NCBI GenBank assembly: GCA_039586575.1
Contig: JBDHKD010000005.1
Coordinates: 6,062-70,061 of the forward strand
Reading direction: 5' to 3'
Source: Gemmatimonadota bacterium
GTDB taxonomy: Bacteria; Gemmatimonadota; Gemmatimonadetes; Palauibacterales; KS3-K002
DNA: 64,000 nucleotides
Shown: one piece after another, positions 1 through 9,534 of the stretch
How positions within the stretch are numbered: position 1 is the first letter of the stretch
Layout: every line of letters starts with the position of its first letter
Translations under genes and position numbers: made by a program
The notes under the pieces: model-generated
Seen by the model: the letters and a program-made list of their open reading frames with translations, nothing else
Database searches by the model: none
Told to the model about the DNA's origin: nothing

Positions 1-1081
1 AGGAGCTCCGCAACCGCCGTTCCTCGGAACGGTTGGAGAGATAGCCGACCTCGACCAGCACGGCCGGCATCGTCGCACCGACCAGCACCTTAAAGGGACC
101 CTGCTTGACGCCGAGATCAGGCGCGCTGACGGACTGGGCCATGCAGCGGTTGACCGTGGTCGCGAAGAGCCTGGACTCCTGTAGGTTGGCGGTCGACTGC
201 AGGTCGGAGAGCATGAAGAGCAGCGGATCGTCGCTCGATCCCTCCCTACCCTCCTCCAACTCAGCCGAGGCGTTCTCGCGCAGCGCCACCTGCAACGCCT
301 CGTCGGTCCGGGCGATGGCGAGGAAGTAGCTCTCGAACCCGTGTGTCGAGTTGGGCCGCCTGGGCATCGAGTTCGCGTGGACCGAGATGAACAGGTCGGG
401 CGGCGTTTGCTTCCCGCGCAGCTGGAGGACACGCGGTCGGTCGGCAAGGGCGATAAGCGTATCGGCGTCGCGCGTCAGGTGAACCTCGATACCGCGCTCG
501 CGCTGCAGCCGGTCCGCCAGCTGGCGGGCGATCGACAGCGTGATGTCCTTCTCCCGTGTACCGCCGAGCCCGAGCGTCCCGGGATCGCGGCCGCCGTGTC
601 CCGCATCGATCAGCACGACCCAGGAGTCCCGCGCCGCCGGCCGCATGGCGACCGGCGGACGCTCGACCAGGACGCCGTCACGGTACGCCCACCGTCGCGG
701 CCGCGCGGCCGGCAACCACTCCAGCGCCCAACTCACCGGCACCATCAGGTGGGAGCCGCTCGAGTAGACCGGGTTGGGCATCTGGTACACGCGCTCACCG
801 AGGGTGAAGAAGGGAGAGCCGGGGGTGAAGCGCGCCGTCTCGCCATCCACCTGGATCGTGCGGCCGGCGTGCCGATATCCCAGGGCCCCGGCGAGTGTGC
901 CGGCGCGCGCCGCGGGATAGCCCCTGGACCGCTCCAACGGGACCGCATGGGAAGACCCGTCCCTCACCACGGTCAGCGTCTCGGCCACCGGCAGAGCCCA
1001 GCCGAGCGCCCCGACCAGCACTGCCAGCAGCCCAACGCTAGCGATTCTTTCGCGCACGCCCGATCTCGCGTTCCGCCTCAC
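1..1081 (-). CDS. N-acetylmuramoyl-L-alanine amidase (Amidase_3, AmiC-like) with N-terminal signal peptide and AMIN-like region; C-terminus runs off the window start (partial)
   Basis: Own minus-strand translation; the frame is absent from the ORF track because no stop lies inside the window. It reads ...VVLIDAGHGGRDPGTLGLGGTREKDITLSIARQLADRLQRERGIEVHLTRDAD...PDLFISVHANS...MPAVLVEVGYLSNRSEE, the classic Amidase_3 catalytic motifs. The N-terminus RRNARSGVRERIASVGLLAVLVGALGWALPVA looks like a signal peptide. Putative GTG start at ~1081 or 1057, overlapping the smpB 3' end in another frame. Confidence 0.8.
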   Translation of the reverse strand, partial: MRRNARSGVRERIASVGLLAVLVGALGWALPVAETLTVVRDGSSHAVPLERSRGYPAARAGTLAGALGYRHAGRTIQVDGETARFTPGSPFFTLGERVYQMPNPVYSSGSHLMVPVSWALEWLPAARPRRWAYRDGVLVERPPVAMRPAARDSWVVLIDAGHGGRDPGTLGLGGTREKDITLSIARQLADRLQRERGIEVHLTRDADTLIALADRPRVLQLRGKQTPPDLFISVHANSMPRRPNSTHGFESYFLAIARTDEALQVALRENASAELEEGREGSSDDPLLFMLSDLQSTANLQESRLFATTVNRCMAQSVSAPDLGVKQGPFKVLVGATMPAVLVEVGYLSNRSEERRLRSS

Positions 1082-1496
1082 GTCGCTTGATGTCCTCACG
1101 CCGGTCCCTGAATCTCTTGCCCCTGGCCAGGGCGAGCTTGAGCTTGGCCACCCCATCGCGGAAGTAGACTTCCAGCGGTATCAACGTCAGCCCCGCCTGC
1201 TCGACCTTCCCGATCAGGCGCCTGATCTCCTGCTTGTGAAGCAACAGCTTGCGGCGCCGCTTGTATTCGTGGGCATCGGGGCCCGCCGGCCCGTACGGCC
1301 CGATATGCATGTTGTAGAGCCAGACTTCGCCGCCTTCCACGCGCGCGTAGGCGTCCGACAGGCTCGCATTCCCGTGGCGCAGCGCTTTCACCTCGCTGCC
1401 GATCAGCACCAATCCCGATTCCCATGTCTCCAGGATGTGATACTGGTGGTGAGCCTTCCGATTCCGGGCTACTAGCCTGATGCTTTCTTTGGACAT
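1038..1496 (-). CDS. smpB: SsrA-binding protein SmpB
   Basis: 152-aa ORF. Start ATG at 1494-1496 and stop TAG at 1038-1040 confirmed in sequence. Full-length similarity to SmpB (…HHQYHILETWESGLVLIGSEVKALR…GKRFRD…). Confidence 0.93.
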   Translation of the reverse strand: MSKESIRLVARNRKAHHQYHILETWESGLVLIGSEVKALRHGNASLSDAYARVEGGEVWLYNMHIGPYGPAGPDAHEYKRRRKLLLHKQEIRRLIGKVEQAGLTLIPLEVYFRDGVAKLKLALARGKRFRDRREDIKRREAEREIGRARKNR

Positions 1497-1569
1497 AGGG
1501 GATTACGGCCGGAGGCCGCTGGGGGGTGACCCTATTATCGCACTTGAGGCATAGGCGCGCAAGTCGTGC

Positions 1570-2544
1570 CTATTCCAGCACTTCGATCTGCTGGCGCCTC
1601 ACCCGGCGCAACTCGTATACCTGGGCGACCTCGGCGCCCAGCACGAAGACGATCGATAGGTAGTAGAACCAGACGACCACGACGACGAGAGTGGCAATCC
1701 CCCCGTAGATCGAGGTGAAGCTGGCGATCCGGGTCAAGTAGAAGGTGAAGCCCTGCTTGAGGAGTTCCCAACAGATGGCGGTGAAGGCGGCGGCGGTCAG
1801 GGCCATGCGCCAAGGCACGCGGCGTGCCGGCACGTACTTGTAGAGCAGCAGGAAGAGCAAGAAGATGAAGGCCAGCGCGGTGACCTGAGCGGATATCCGC
1901 TCCAGGATCCCGACGTGCTCGGGCGACAGTCCCAGGAACTCGAAGCCGCGGCTCTTGACCAGATTGAAGACGATGGTGATGCCGATATTTAGAATGACAA
2001 GCACACTGGAGACCAGAACCATCTCGGCATCGAAGATCTTGCCCTGGATCACACCGCGGCTCTGACGCAGGTCGAAGATCTCTCTGAGGATGGCCCTGAC
2101 GGAGCCGAACAGACGGGTCGACAACCAGACGAAGGCCACGAAGCTGATCACCCCGATCGCCTGGCCTCGCGTCACCACACCCTGGATGACTTCCTCGGGG
2201 AGGTTACGCTCCGCTCCGGCCGCTAGACCCTCACCGAGCACCGGAACGATGACATCGAGGTAGCGGCGCAGCTGCTCGATGGGCTCGAGACCGGCCGCCT
2301 CCGCCGCCGCTTCGAGCGTCAGGCTGATGAGGGCAACGACGATGAGGAGGAAGGGAACGGCGGCGGCGACGACGTTGAAGGTGAGGCCGCTGGCGAGCAC
2401 GAAGACGTTATCGTCGTCGGCCTTCTCGAAGACGCGGACCACGTAGTCCTTGAGGGCAGCCCAGGACTCAGCCGCAAAGCGCTGCGCCCTCCCCAGCAGC
2501 TCTTGCTTGCGGGAGGGCGCTACCGCCGGATCGTGGACTTCCAA
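1570..2544 (-). CDS. YihY/BrkB family inner membrane protein
   Basis: 324 aa with multiple TM helices; YihY-like pattern (…FNVVAAAVPFLLIVVALISL…YGGIATLVVVVVWFYYLSIVFVLGAEV…). Confidence 0.8.
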   Translation of the reverse strand: MEVHDPAVAPSRKQELLGRAQRFAAESWAALKDYVVRVFEKADDDNVFVLASGLTFNVVAAAVPFLLIVVALISLTLEAAAEAAGLEPIEQLRRYLDVIVPVLGEGLAAGAERNLPEEVIQGVVTRGQAIGVISFVAFVWLSTRLFGSVRAILREIFDLRQSRGVIQGKIFDAEMVLVSSVLVILNIGITIVFNLVKSRGFEFLGLSPEHVGILERISAQVTALAFIFLLFLLLYKYVPARRVPWRMALTAAAFTAICWELLKQGFTFYLTRIASFTSIYGGIATLVVVVVWFYYLSIVFVLGAEVAQVYELRRVRRQQIEVLE

Positions 2545-2582
2545 GATCGGGTGGCGTTTCGGCCTTCAGCCGCTAACCGTGG

Positions 2583-3026
2583 TCAGCTCTCTCCGGACTC
2601 GTCGCCGTCACCGCGCGACTCGCCCAGTCGATCCTCCATCTCGCTACGCGCCGCGCGCGCGGCCTTGCGCCCGGCGTCCAACGCCTGCCCGGCGCGCGCC
2701 CGGCCTTCCGCCACCTTGCCCTTCGCCACCTCGTACTTGTCCTCCACCTGGCGGCGGCCCTGCGAGAAGGCCTCTTGCAGTGTATCCTGCAGTTCGCCTG
2801 CTTTCTCTTCGGCACGCTCGCGCAGTTGCCTGGCCCGCTCCTTGAGTTCCTGTTGGGTCTCGGCGCCGGACTTCGGCGCGAGCAACAGGGCAGCGGCGGC
2901 GCCGAGGAGCGCGCCCCAGACGAACGGAATCAGACCGGAGCCAGTACGTTCGATCACCACGTAGGGGACGCCATCGTCATCGTAGTCACGCATCTGTCTG
3001 TCCTTTCGCCGATCTCGCTTATCCAC
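2583..3026 (-). CDS. YtxH domain-containing protein (N-terminal TM helix followed by a charged coiled coil)
   Basis: 147 aa; GALLGAAAALLLAPKSG then an E/K/R/A-rich helical region typical of the YtxH family. Confidence 0.65.
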   Translation of the reverse strand: MDKRDRRKDRQMRDYDDDGVPYVVIERTGSGLIPFVWGALLGAAAALLLAPKSGAETQQELKERARQLRERAEEKAGELQDTLQEAFSQGRRQVEDKYEVAKGKVAEGRARAGQALDAGRKAARAARSEMEDRLGESRGDGDESGES

Positions 3027-3038
3027 TCCGCGGCCCGG

Positions 3039-3302
3039 CTAGCTCTCACGCAGGACGCGGCGCAGCTCTTCCATGTTGACCGGTTTCGTCAGTGCGATCC
3101 AGCGGGCATCGCCCGGGGGTGCCGGCCCTGCTGCCAGCCCCTCCCTATATACTACGAAATCGGGGGTGATTTCGTTCACCCGGTCCGCTCGGCCCACCAC
3201 CCCCTCTACCCGCACCTGGTAGCCCTCGCATGAGAGAACCCGAGCTAGCGCGTCCCGGCACGGACCAGCTGCATCTATGAGGAGGATACGCCGGGGGGCC
3301 AT
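3039..3302 (-). CDS. Small CheY-like pseudo-receiver domain protein (lacks the canonical phospho-acceptor Asp)
   Basis: 87 aa; ILLIDAAG…IALTKPVNMEELRRVL resembles a truncated receiver fold with the K-P motif kept and the DD / D motifs degenerate. Confidence 0.45.
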   Translation of the reverse strand: MAPRRILLIDAAGPCRDALARVLSCEGYQVRVEGVVGRADRVNEITPDFVVYREGLAAGPAPPGDARWIALTKPVNMEELRRVLRES

Positions 3303-3393
3303 CGTTGACCTCGCGAAGCCAGGTCGGGGAACAACGAAACCGCGGTGTTCCTGAACTCAAGATAGATGAAGCGGGCCAGTCGAGCAATCGAGC

Positions 3394-4173
3394 TTACTCG
3401 ATATCGACGATCAGGCCGTCGTACGCCGGCTCCATCCCTTCGGGCAATCGCGCCCGCAAGTCGCCGTAGTCGAGCCGGTGGGTGAGGTGAGTCAGATAGG
3501 TCCGCCGTGCGCCGAGCGACTGTGCCGTCGCCACCGCCTCCTCGACGTTGAAGTGGGTGGGGTGCGGGTCGCCCCACCAGAGCGCGTTGATCACCAGGAC
3601 ATCGACACCTTGTAGGATGGCGCGTGCTTCATCGGGGACGGTCTTGCCGTCGACGATCACGCCAAGCTTGCCGCTGCGGAAACCGTACGAGTTCATCCGG
3701 CCATGGGGAAAAAGCAGCGGCCTCAAGTGGAAGCCGGCCAAGTCGAGCTCGCCGTTCGGGTCGAAGGTGCGCAGCGCGATCTCCGGTGCGCTGGTGCCCG
3801 GCTCGGGCTGGATCGAGTCGTCGAAGATGTAGTCGAAGCGGGCCCTCAGCACGTCGGCGAACTCCCGCGCCACGTACATGGGGAGCGGCGCCCTGTTCCG
3901 CAGGCTGAAGACGCGCAGGTCGTCGATCCCATGGAGGTGGTCGGCGTGCAGGTGCGTGAGAAAGACCGCGTCGACTCTCGCGATCGCAGCGCTCAGCAGC
4001 TGCCACCGGAGTTCCGGCGGCGTGTCGACCAGCAGGAGTCGACCCGCCGATTCCAGGGCCAGGCCGTGGCGCGAGCGCCGGTTACGCGGGTCGTCGGACC
4101 GGCATACCCCGCACCCGCACCCGACAACAGGCACACCGAAGCTGGTTCCGGTTCCCAGGAATCGTAGCCGCAC
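3394..4173 (-). CDS. MBL-fold metallo-hydrolase (PhnP/cyclic phosphodiesterase-like)
   Basis: 259 aa; LTHLHADHLHGIDDL metallo-beta-lactamase motif, GTGTSFGVP N-terminus. Confidence 0.85.
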   Translation of the reverse strand: MRLRFLGTGTSFGVPVVGCGCGVCRSDDPRNRRSRHGLALESAGRLLLVDTPPELRWQLLSAAIARVDAVFLTHLHADHLHGIDDLRVFSLRNRAPLPMYVAREFADVLRARFDYIFDDSIQPEPGTSAPEIALRTFDPNGELDLAGFHLRPLLFPHGRMNSYGFRSGKLGVIVDGKTVPDEARAILQGVDVLVINALWWGDPHPTHFNVEEAVATAQSLGARRTYLTHLTHRLDYGDLRARLPEGMEPAYDGLIVDIE

Positions 4174-4176
4174 GGA

Positions 4177-5610
4177 TCAGAGCGTCTCGATGCGGAGCAT
4201 GTTGGTGGTTCCGCGCACCTGGAAGGGGATGCCCGCGGTGACGACGATGCGATCCCCGGCTCGGGCCAACTTGCGGCGCAGGAGCTCCGCCCGCGCGACC
4301 TCCCACATGACCTCCTGTGTAGCCTCGCGGCGGCAGAGCACGGGAAGCACACCCCAGACCATGGCGAGCTGACGGAGAACGGTATTCGTGTCGGTGACCG
4401 CCAGGATGGGGACCGGGGGGCGTTTCGACGAAATCACCCGGGCGGTGTGACCGCTGCGGGTGTAGGTGACGATCGCCGGCGCGCCTATCGCGCGGATCGC
4501 CTCGAGCGAGGCGCAGGCCACCGCCAATTCGGTCGTCGCCGACTCGCCCGGCTGCGGTGGCAGGACATCGTAGGGCGGGCCGCCGGCCAGAATCGCGCTG
4601 CCCGCCTCGACCTCGGCGATGACCCGGGTCAACGCCCGTAGCGCTTCCAGCGGGTAGCGGCCGACGGCGGTCTCGGCGGAGAGCATCACGGCATCGGTGC
4701 CGTCGAGGATCGCGTTGGCTACATCGGAGACCTCGGCACGCGTGGGGCGAGGCCGTTCGATCATCGACTCGAGCATCTCTGTCGCGATGATCACCGGCCG
4801 ATAGCGGGCGTTGGCGCGACGTACGATACGTTTCTGAGCCAGCGGGACTTGTTCGAAGGGAAGCTCGGTTCCGAGATCGCCGCGGGCGACCATCACGGCG
4901 TCGCTCGCCTCCAGTATCGGCTCGATCTCCTGCAGCGCGACGTCCTTCTCGATCTTCGCCAGCAACAAGAGGTCTTCGGGGACCCGCGAGCGCAATTCAC
5001 GCAGATTATCGGCGGAGCGCACGAACGAGAGCGCCAGGTAGTCGGCACCGACCTCGAGGGCAAGCTCCACGTCCGCCAGGTCCTTCTCGGTCAGCGCCGG
5101 CGCACTGACTCGCACGCCCGGGAGGTTGATCCCCTTCCCGCTCGTGACCGCGCCGCCGATGACGACCTCGGCTTCAACGCGCGGTGCCGCCACCCGCCGG
5201 ACGCGGAGCTCGATCCTGCCATCGTCGATGAGAAGCCGATCGCCGACGGAGAGATCGTCGGCCAGCCCGGAGTAGGTCACCGGAAGCTCGCCCGGCGCGG
5301 CCGCGGCGGCGGCCACCAACACCACGCGACCCCCACGATCCAACGTCACGGGACCTTCCAGCCGACCGACCCGGATCTTCGGACCTTGCAGATCGACGAG
5401 TATGGCCAGCGGCTTGCCGGCCCGCTCCGCCGAGTCACGAATTCTGCGTACCGTCTCGCGGACGAACTCCGCCGTGCCGTGCGACATATTGAGCCGCGCC
5501 ACGTCCATCCCCGCGTTACAGAGCGCCTCCAGCGTCGCCGGGTCGGCGGAAGCCGGTCCGATCGTGCAGACGATCTTGGTCTTGAGGAAGCGTGAGGCGT
5601 GTGAGTTCAT
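4177..5610 (-). CDS. pyk: Pyruvate kinase
   Basis: 477 aa; KIVCTIGPAS…MDVARLNMSHG…LVDLQGPKIR…MVARGDLG…motifs; full-length pyruvate kinase architecture. Confidence 0.95.
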   Translation of the reverse strand: MNSHASRFLKTKIVCTIGPASADPATLEALCNAGMDVARLNMSHGTAEFVRETVRRIRDSAERAGKPLAILVDLQGPKIRVGRLEGPVTLDRGGRVVLVAAAAAAPGELPVTYSGLADDLSVGDRLLIDDGRIELRVRRVAAPRVEAEVVIGGAVTSGKGINLPGVRVSAPALTEKDLADVELALEVGADYLALSFVRSADNLRELRSRVPEDLLLLAKIEKDVALQEIEPILEASDAVMVARGDLGTELPFEQVPLAQKRIVRRANARYRPVIIATEMLESMIERPRPTRAEVSDVANAILDGTDAVMLSAETAVGRYPLEALRALTRVIAEVEAGSAILAGGPPYDVLPPQPGESATTELAVACASLEAIRAIGAPAIVTYTRSGHTARVISSKRPPVPILAVTDTNTVLRQLAMVWGVLPVLCRREATQEVMWEVARAELLRRKLARAGDRIVVTAGIPFQVRGTTNMLRIETL

Positions 5611-5654
5611 CGCTCACAAACTCGGGGCGGGTGGGGCGCCCGTCAAATTGCCGC

Positions 5655-7031
5655 TCAGGGCCGGTAGCGACTCCAGAGCTCGGGCACCTGGCCGGCGAGT
5701 TCCCGCAGCGCCCCGGCGATGTCGAGGATGGGGCGCGTCGGGTCGGTGGGGTCGCCTGCCGGCACCAGTGTCCCGGCAACGAAGGTGCCGGCGAGCGGCT
5801 CGGCGAAGGCTACGGCGAAGACCGCGACCACGCTGGCACCCGGGGCCAGCGTTATCGGGCCGTGGGTCTCGGTCAGCCGGTAGTCGGCGGGTTGATCCGA
5901 TACGTGACCGATCTCGGGCGCCGGGTGATCGCTCAGCGGGTCGCCGGCGCGCAAGCGACCGGCCAGCAGGCGCCAGGCGAACCCGAAGTCCTCGCTCTCA
6001 TCCCAGTCGCGAGAGCTGGGCCACAGGGTGAAGCGGCGCTCCGTCGCTCCGCCGGGCGGCTCGACGGCGACCAGCCCGACCAGCGCCGGGCGCTCGGAAA
6101 AGGCACCGAGCTCGGCGTCCTGGAAATCGGCATCGTACATGAAGGCCAGATCGAGGTCCGGATCGAAGGTGCCGAGGTCATCGGGGGCGGCCCCGACGTC
6201 CGTATCGAATCCGAACCCGACGTAGAGGTCGCGGAACGTGTAGCCGCCCTCAGGGATCCAGGGATACAGCGCCTGATAGCGCTCATCGGCACTGTTATTG
6301 GTGAGCACGTAGCGAATGAACACCACGTCACGCACGGTCGCGCTGTCCACCGCCACGATCGTCTGGCTCACCGACAAGCCGTACGGAGCGGCGCCGGGGC
6401 CGCGGCCGGTCGACCAGTACTCCAGATCGATGATCCGTCGCACGACGCCCGAGGCGAGCACCGCTGGCGAGCGGCCGGTCCAGGACTGGTCGTACACCTG
6501 CGTTGCCACGGTGTCACCCGCCAGGTCACCCGCGTCAGCGCCGAGAACCGCCGCGACGAGCAGTCGGCCGCCGGCTCCATAGTCTCCGCCGTTCGTCGGC
6601 GGCCACTGGAGTCCCGGCTCCGCACTGTGGAACGCGCTGGCACAGGTATCCCCGTTACTGGTCGACCGGCAGCGTACGCGTCCGCGATCCGTCACAAACG
6701 CGCAGTCGATGACACAGCCGCCCTCCAACGCCGCGTCGATCGTGTCCGACACGTTGTCGAGCACGGAGATCACGCCGGACCAGGTGAACGTCTGTGCGAG
6801 CGGGGCCGTCAGAACGAGCTCGAGTCTATGCGGGCCGGTCGGCACATCGGTGAGCATCGCCGGCGTCGTGACGCCGAGGGGTCGATCATCGAGGAGGACC
6901 TCGGCTCCGCTGGGGTCCGAGAGGACGACCAGCTCGCCGAATGTCGGGATGGTCGGTCGCTTGCGTTCATCGCACCCCGCAAGCAGCGCTGCGAGCAAGG
7001 CGACCCCCAGAAGCGGGTGAGCTCCCTTCAC
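5655..7031 (-). CDS. PEGA domain-containing secreted lipoprotein, function unknown
   Basis: The ORF-track start (7256) would overlap the cobB gene. An in-frame GTG at 7029-7031 gives VKGAHPLLGVALLAALLAGC (a lipoprotein signal). It is followed by a PEGA-like segment (LVVLSDPSGAEVLLDDRPLGVTTP) and an Asp/Gly-rich secreted domain. Confidence 0.7.
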   Translation of the reverse strand: MKGAHPLLGVALLAALLAGCDERKRPTIPTFGELVVLSDPSGAEVLLDDRPLGVTTPAMLTDVPTGPHRLELVLTAPLAQTFTWSGVISVLDNVSDTIDAALEGGCVIDCAFVTDRGRVRCRSTSNGDTCASAFHSAEPGLQWPPTNGGDYGAGGRLLVAAVLGADAGDLAGDTVATQVYDQSWTGRSPAVLASGVVRRIIDLEYWSTGRGPGAAPYGLSVSQTIVAVDSATVRDVVFIRYVLTNNSADERYQALYPWIPEGGYTFRDLYVGFGFDTDVGAAPDDLGTFDPDLDLAFMYDADFQDAELGAFSERPALVGLVAVEPPGGATERRFTLWPSSRDWDESEDFGFAWRLLAGRLRAGDPLSDHPAPEIGHVSDQPADYRLTETHGPITLAPGASVVAVFAVAFAEPLAGTFVAGTLVPAGDPTDPTRPILDIAGALRELAGQVPELWSRYRP

Positions 7032-7048
7032 CCCTACGCCTCGAGCTC

Positions 7049-7810
7049 TCACAACCGGAGCGCCTCGACGCCCGCCAGCAGCTGGGGCAAGACGTTGCCC
7101 GCCGATCCTTGCAGGAAGAGGTCCATGTAAGGCGTGAGCTGCGATGGCTCGGTGTTGATCTCGATGACCGTGGCACCGGCGGCCCGGGCGGCGAGCGGCA
7201 GGCTGGCCGCCGGTTGCACGATGCCCGATGTCCCAACAACGAGCATCACGTCGCAAGCCCGGCCCAGCGCGTCCGCCTTCTCGAACACGCCCGCAGGCAA
7301 CATCTCACCGAACCAGACCACATCGGGCCGGATCGGTGAGCCGCAGCGTTCACACTTCGGTGGCTCGACTTCGCCGTCGGCTTCGGCCAGCGGCACCTCG
7401 ATCTGCACGGGGTGATCCTGCTCGAAGCACTTGAACCGGTTGATGTTGCCGTGCAGTTCCAAGACGGTGCTGGAGCCCGCCCGGCTGTGCAGGCCATCGA
7501 TGTTCTGCGTAACCAAGACGACCTGCGGCACGAGCCGCTCGAGCTCGGCCAGCGCGTGATGCCCCGCATGCGGCGTGCGCGCCGCGATGAGCCCGCGCCG
7601 GTAATTGTACCAGCCCCAAACGCGAGCCGGGTTTCCCCTGAAGCCTTCGCGGCTGGCCAGCTCTTGCGGGTCGTAGCGAGCCCAAAGGCCTTCCTGGGCA
7701 TCTCGAAACGTTGGGATGCCGCTCTCCTTCGACATCCCGGCGCCCGTCGCGGCGACGACAAGATCCGCCGCCGCGACAGCTGCCACGGCTCGTTGAAGCT
7801 CCTGCATCAT
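7049..7810 (-). CDS. cobB: NAD-dependent protein deacylase (Sir2/CobB family)
   Basis: Start relocated to MMQELQ (ATG ATG at 7805-7810; the upstream 114 codons are an Arg-rich non-coding-looking extension). GAGMSKESGIPTFRD…VTQNIDGLH…KCERCGSPIRPDVVWFGE (zinc ribbon)…VVGTSG are Sir2 motifs. Confidence 0.88.
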   Translation of the reverse strand: MMQELQRAVAAVAAADLVVAATGAGMSKESGIPTFRDAQEGLWARYDPQELASREGFRGNPARVWGWYNYRRGLIAARTPHAGHHALAELERLVPQVVLVTQNIDGLHSRAGSSTVLELHGNINRFKCFEQDHPVQIEVPLAEADGEVEPPKCERCGSPIRPDVVWFGEMLPAGVFEKADALGRACDVMLVVGTSGIVQPAASLPLAARAAGATVIEINTEPSQLTPYMDLFLQGSAGNVLPQLLAGVEALRL

Positions 7811-7841
7811 CGATCCCGCCGTCAGTACGCTTCTGACTCCG

Positions 7842-9422
7842 TCACTCGTGGTACACCAGTTCGCCGCCCACCACCGTGGCGACGGTACCAGCCGAAAGCA
7901 GCTCTTCCGGCTCCGCTCGAACCGGATCGACCTGCCAGGCGGTGAAATCGGCCCGGAAACCGGGAGAGAGGCGGCCCTGGCCGTCGGCCTGGCCGGCCGC
8001 CAGCGCCGGCCCCTCGGTATAAGCACGCAGCGCCTCGTGTCCGTCGAGCCGCTCCTCCGGATACCAACCGCCCTCCGGATGGCCAGCGCGCTGACGCCGC
8101 GCCATCGCCCCAAACAGCCCCTCGCGCGGGTCAGCTTGCTCGACCGGCGCATCGGACCCGAACGCCAGTACGGTCCCTGCGTCGAGCAGGCTGCGCAGCG
8201 CCATCGTCCATCGACATCGCTCCGGGCCCCACCGCTCCTCCGCCAGCGGTATGTCGGTCAGCAGGTGCGAGGGCTGCATCGACGCGACGATCCCGGCCCG
8301 CGCCGCCCGCCCCAGGTCGTCCGGGTGGACGCACTGGAGATGCTCGATCCGGTGCGGGATCGCCAGCCCGGCAGAACCCGCCTGCTCCAGGACATCGAGC
8401 ACCATCCGCACCGCCGCGTCGCCGATCGCGTGGACGGTGGCGGCGAGCCCCGCCCGCCGCGCCCGGCCGACGTCCGCCGCTAACTCGTCGGGCTGCACGC
8501 GCAACAGGCCGCGTTCCTCACCGTCTTCGTAGGGTTCGAGCATCCAGGCCGTGCGCGAGCCCAGCGCACCGTCGCTGAAGTACTTGATCCCGCCCACACG
8601 TAACCACTCGCTGCCAAACCCGCTCGCGATACCGCACTCGATCAACGAGTCCAGGAACCGCTGCGGGAAGTGATGCAGGATGCGCAGCCGCAGATCCCCG
8701 GAACGCTCGACCTCCTCCACGACCTGGAACGATTCCGGCGCCTCCACCGAATGGACCGCTGTCACCCCGAGCCGGTGAAGCGCCGCTTGACCCTCCAGTA
8801 ACGCCGCCCGCCGCTCCGCCGCAGCCGGGCGCGGCCGGCCCTCGTAGTAACAATCGAGCGCCCGCTCAAACAGCACACCGGTCGGCCGCCCCGCAGCATC
8901 CCGCTCCACCCTGCCGCCCGCTGGATCGTCTCGTCCGCCAGCGAACCCCAGCCGGATCATCGCCTCGCTGTTCAGCCAGCCCGAATGCAGGTCGTGACCC
9001 ACCAGCACCACCGCCCGACCCTGCGACGCCTCGTCCAGATCGGTGAGATCCGCCTGCCTGCGCCAGGCCGGATCCCAGCCCTTGAACTCCAACCACCCTG
9101 CCGCCGGCGCCGAACTCGCCGCGCGCCTCACCCGCCTCAGCACCTCCACCATCGAGCCCGAGTCCCCGAGGTCCGGCGTCCGCCGGCCCAGCGCCCACTC
9201 GATCAGATGGATGTGCGCGTCGCAGAAACCGGGGACCACCGTCGCCGGGCGCACGTCCAGCCACTCATCCGGATCGCCGACCTCCGCTCGAACTTCCTCC
9301 AGCGACCCGATCGCCGCCACCCGCCCCGCCCGCACCGCCAGGCACTCCACCTCCGGACGCACCGCGTCCAGCGTCCGGATCCGGCCCGCACGCAGCGCCA
9401 GTACACGCTCAACTTCCATCAC
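7842..9422 (-). CDS. Amidohydrolase family protein (Amidohydro_3/YtcJ-like metal-dependent hydrolase)
   Basis: 526 aa; PGFCDAHIHLIEW metal-binding start and GSDAPVE near the C-terminus are typical of Amidohydro_3. Confidence 0.8.
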   Translation of the reverse strand: MMEVERVLALRAGRIRTLDAVRPEVECLAVRAGRVAAIGSLEEVRAEVGDPDEWLDVRPATVVPGFCDAHIHLIEWALGRRTPDLGDSGSMVEVLRRVRRAASSAPAAGWLEFKGWDPAWRRQADLTDLDEASQGRAVVLVGHDLHSGWLNSEAMIRLGFAGGRDDPAGGRVERDAAGRPTGVLFERALDCYYEGRPRPAAAERRAALLEGQAALHRLGVTAVHSVEAPESFQVVEEVERSGDLRLRILHHFPQRFLDSLIECGIASGFGSEWLRVGGIKYFSDGALGSRTAWMLEPYEDGEERGLLRVQPDELAADVGRARRAGLAATVHAIGDAAVRMVLDVLEQAGSAGLAIPHRIEHLQCVHPDDLGRAARAGIVASMQPSHLLTDIPLAEERWGPERCRWTMALRSLLDAGTVLAFGSDAPVEQADPREGLFGAMARRQRAGHPEGGWYPEERLDGHEALRAYTEGPALAAGQADGQGRLSPGFRADFTAWQVDPVRAEPEELLSAGTVATVVGGELVYHE

Positions 9423-9444
9423 TCGGATACGATAGGGAGAGAAT

Positions 9445-9487
9445 TCAGGAGAGAACAGATCGGCCGGGCGCGAAACCCACGCCGGCC
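9445..9487 (-). terminator. Possible intrinsic terminator: GC hairpin (GGCCGGCGtgggtttcgCGCCCGGCC) followed by a T-rich run on the minus strand
   Basis: Seen in the intergenic region downstream of the 9535-9867 gene. The T-tract is weak and the hairpin lies close to the next start. Confidence 0.3.
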
Positions 9488-9534
9488 CCGCACCGCCAGG
9501 GCCACCCGTCCGCTTTCCAGCCCGCGCAGCGCCG

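Noticed and set aside
341-1090. 249-aa plus-strand ORF (Arg/Pro/Gly-rich)
   Set aside because: Antisense to the AmiC-like amidase gene, whose minus-strand translation gives canonical Amidase_3 motifs. The composition is typical of a GC-rich antisense artefact.
5592-7130. 512-aa plus-strand ORF
   Set aside because: Lies entirely antisense to the PEGA lipoprotein gene. Arg/Gly/Asp-rich with no motifs.
7049-8152. Sir2-domain protein as a possible anti-phage defence (Thoeris/DSR-like) gene
   Set aside because: It is a short CobB-type sirtuin with the canonical zinc ribbon and no partner defence domain. It sits in a housekeeping operon. The N-terminal 114-codon extension in the ORF track is an Arg-rich non-coding-like run.
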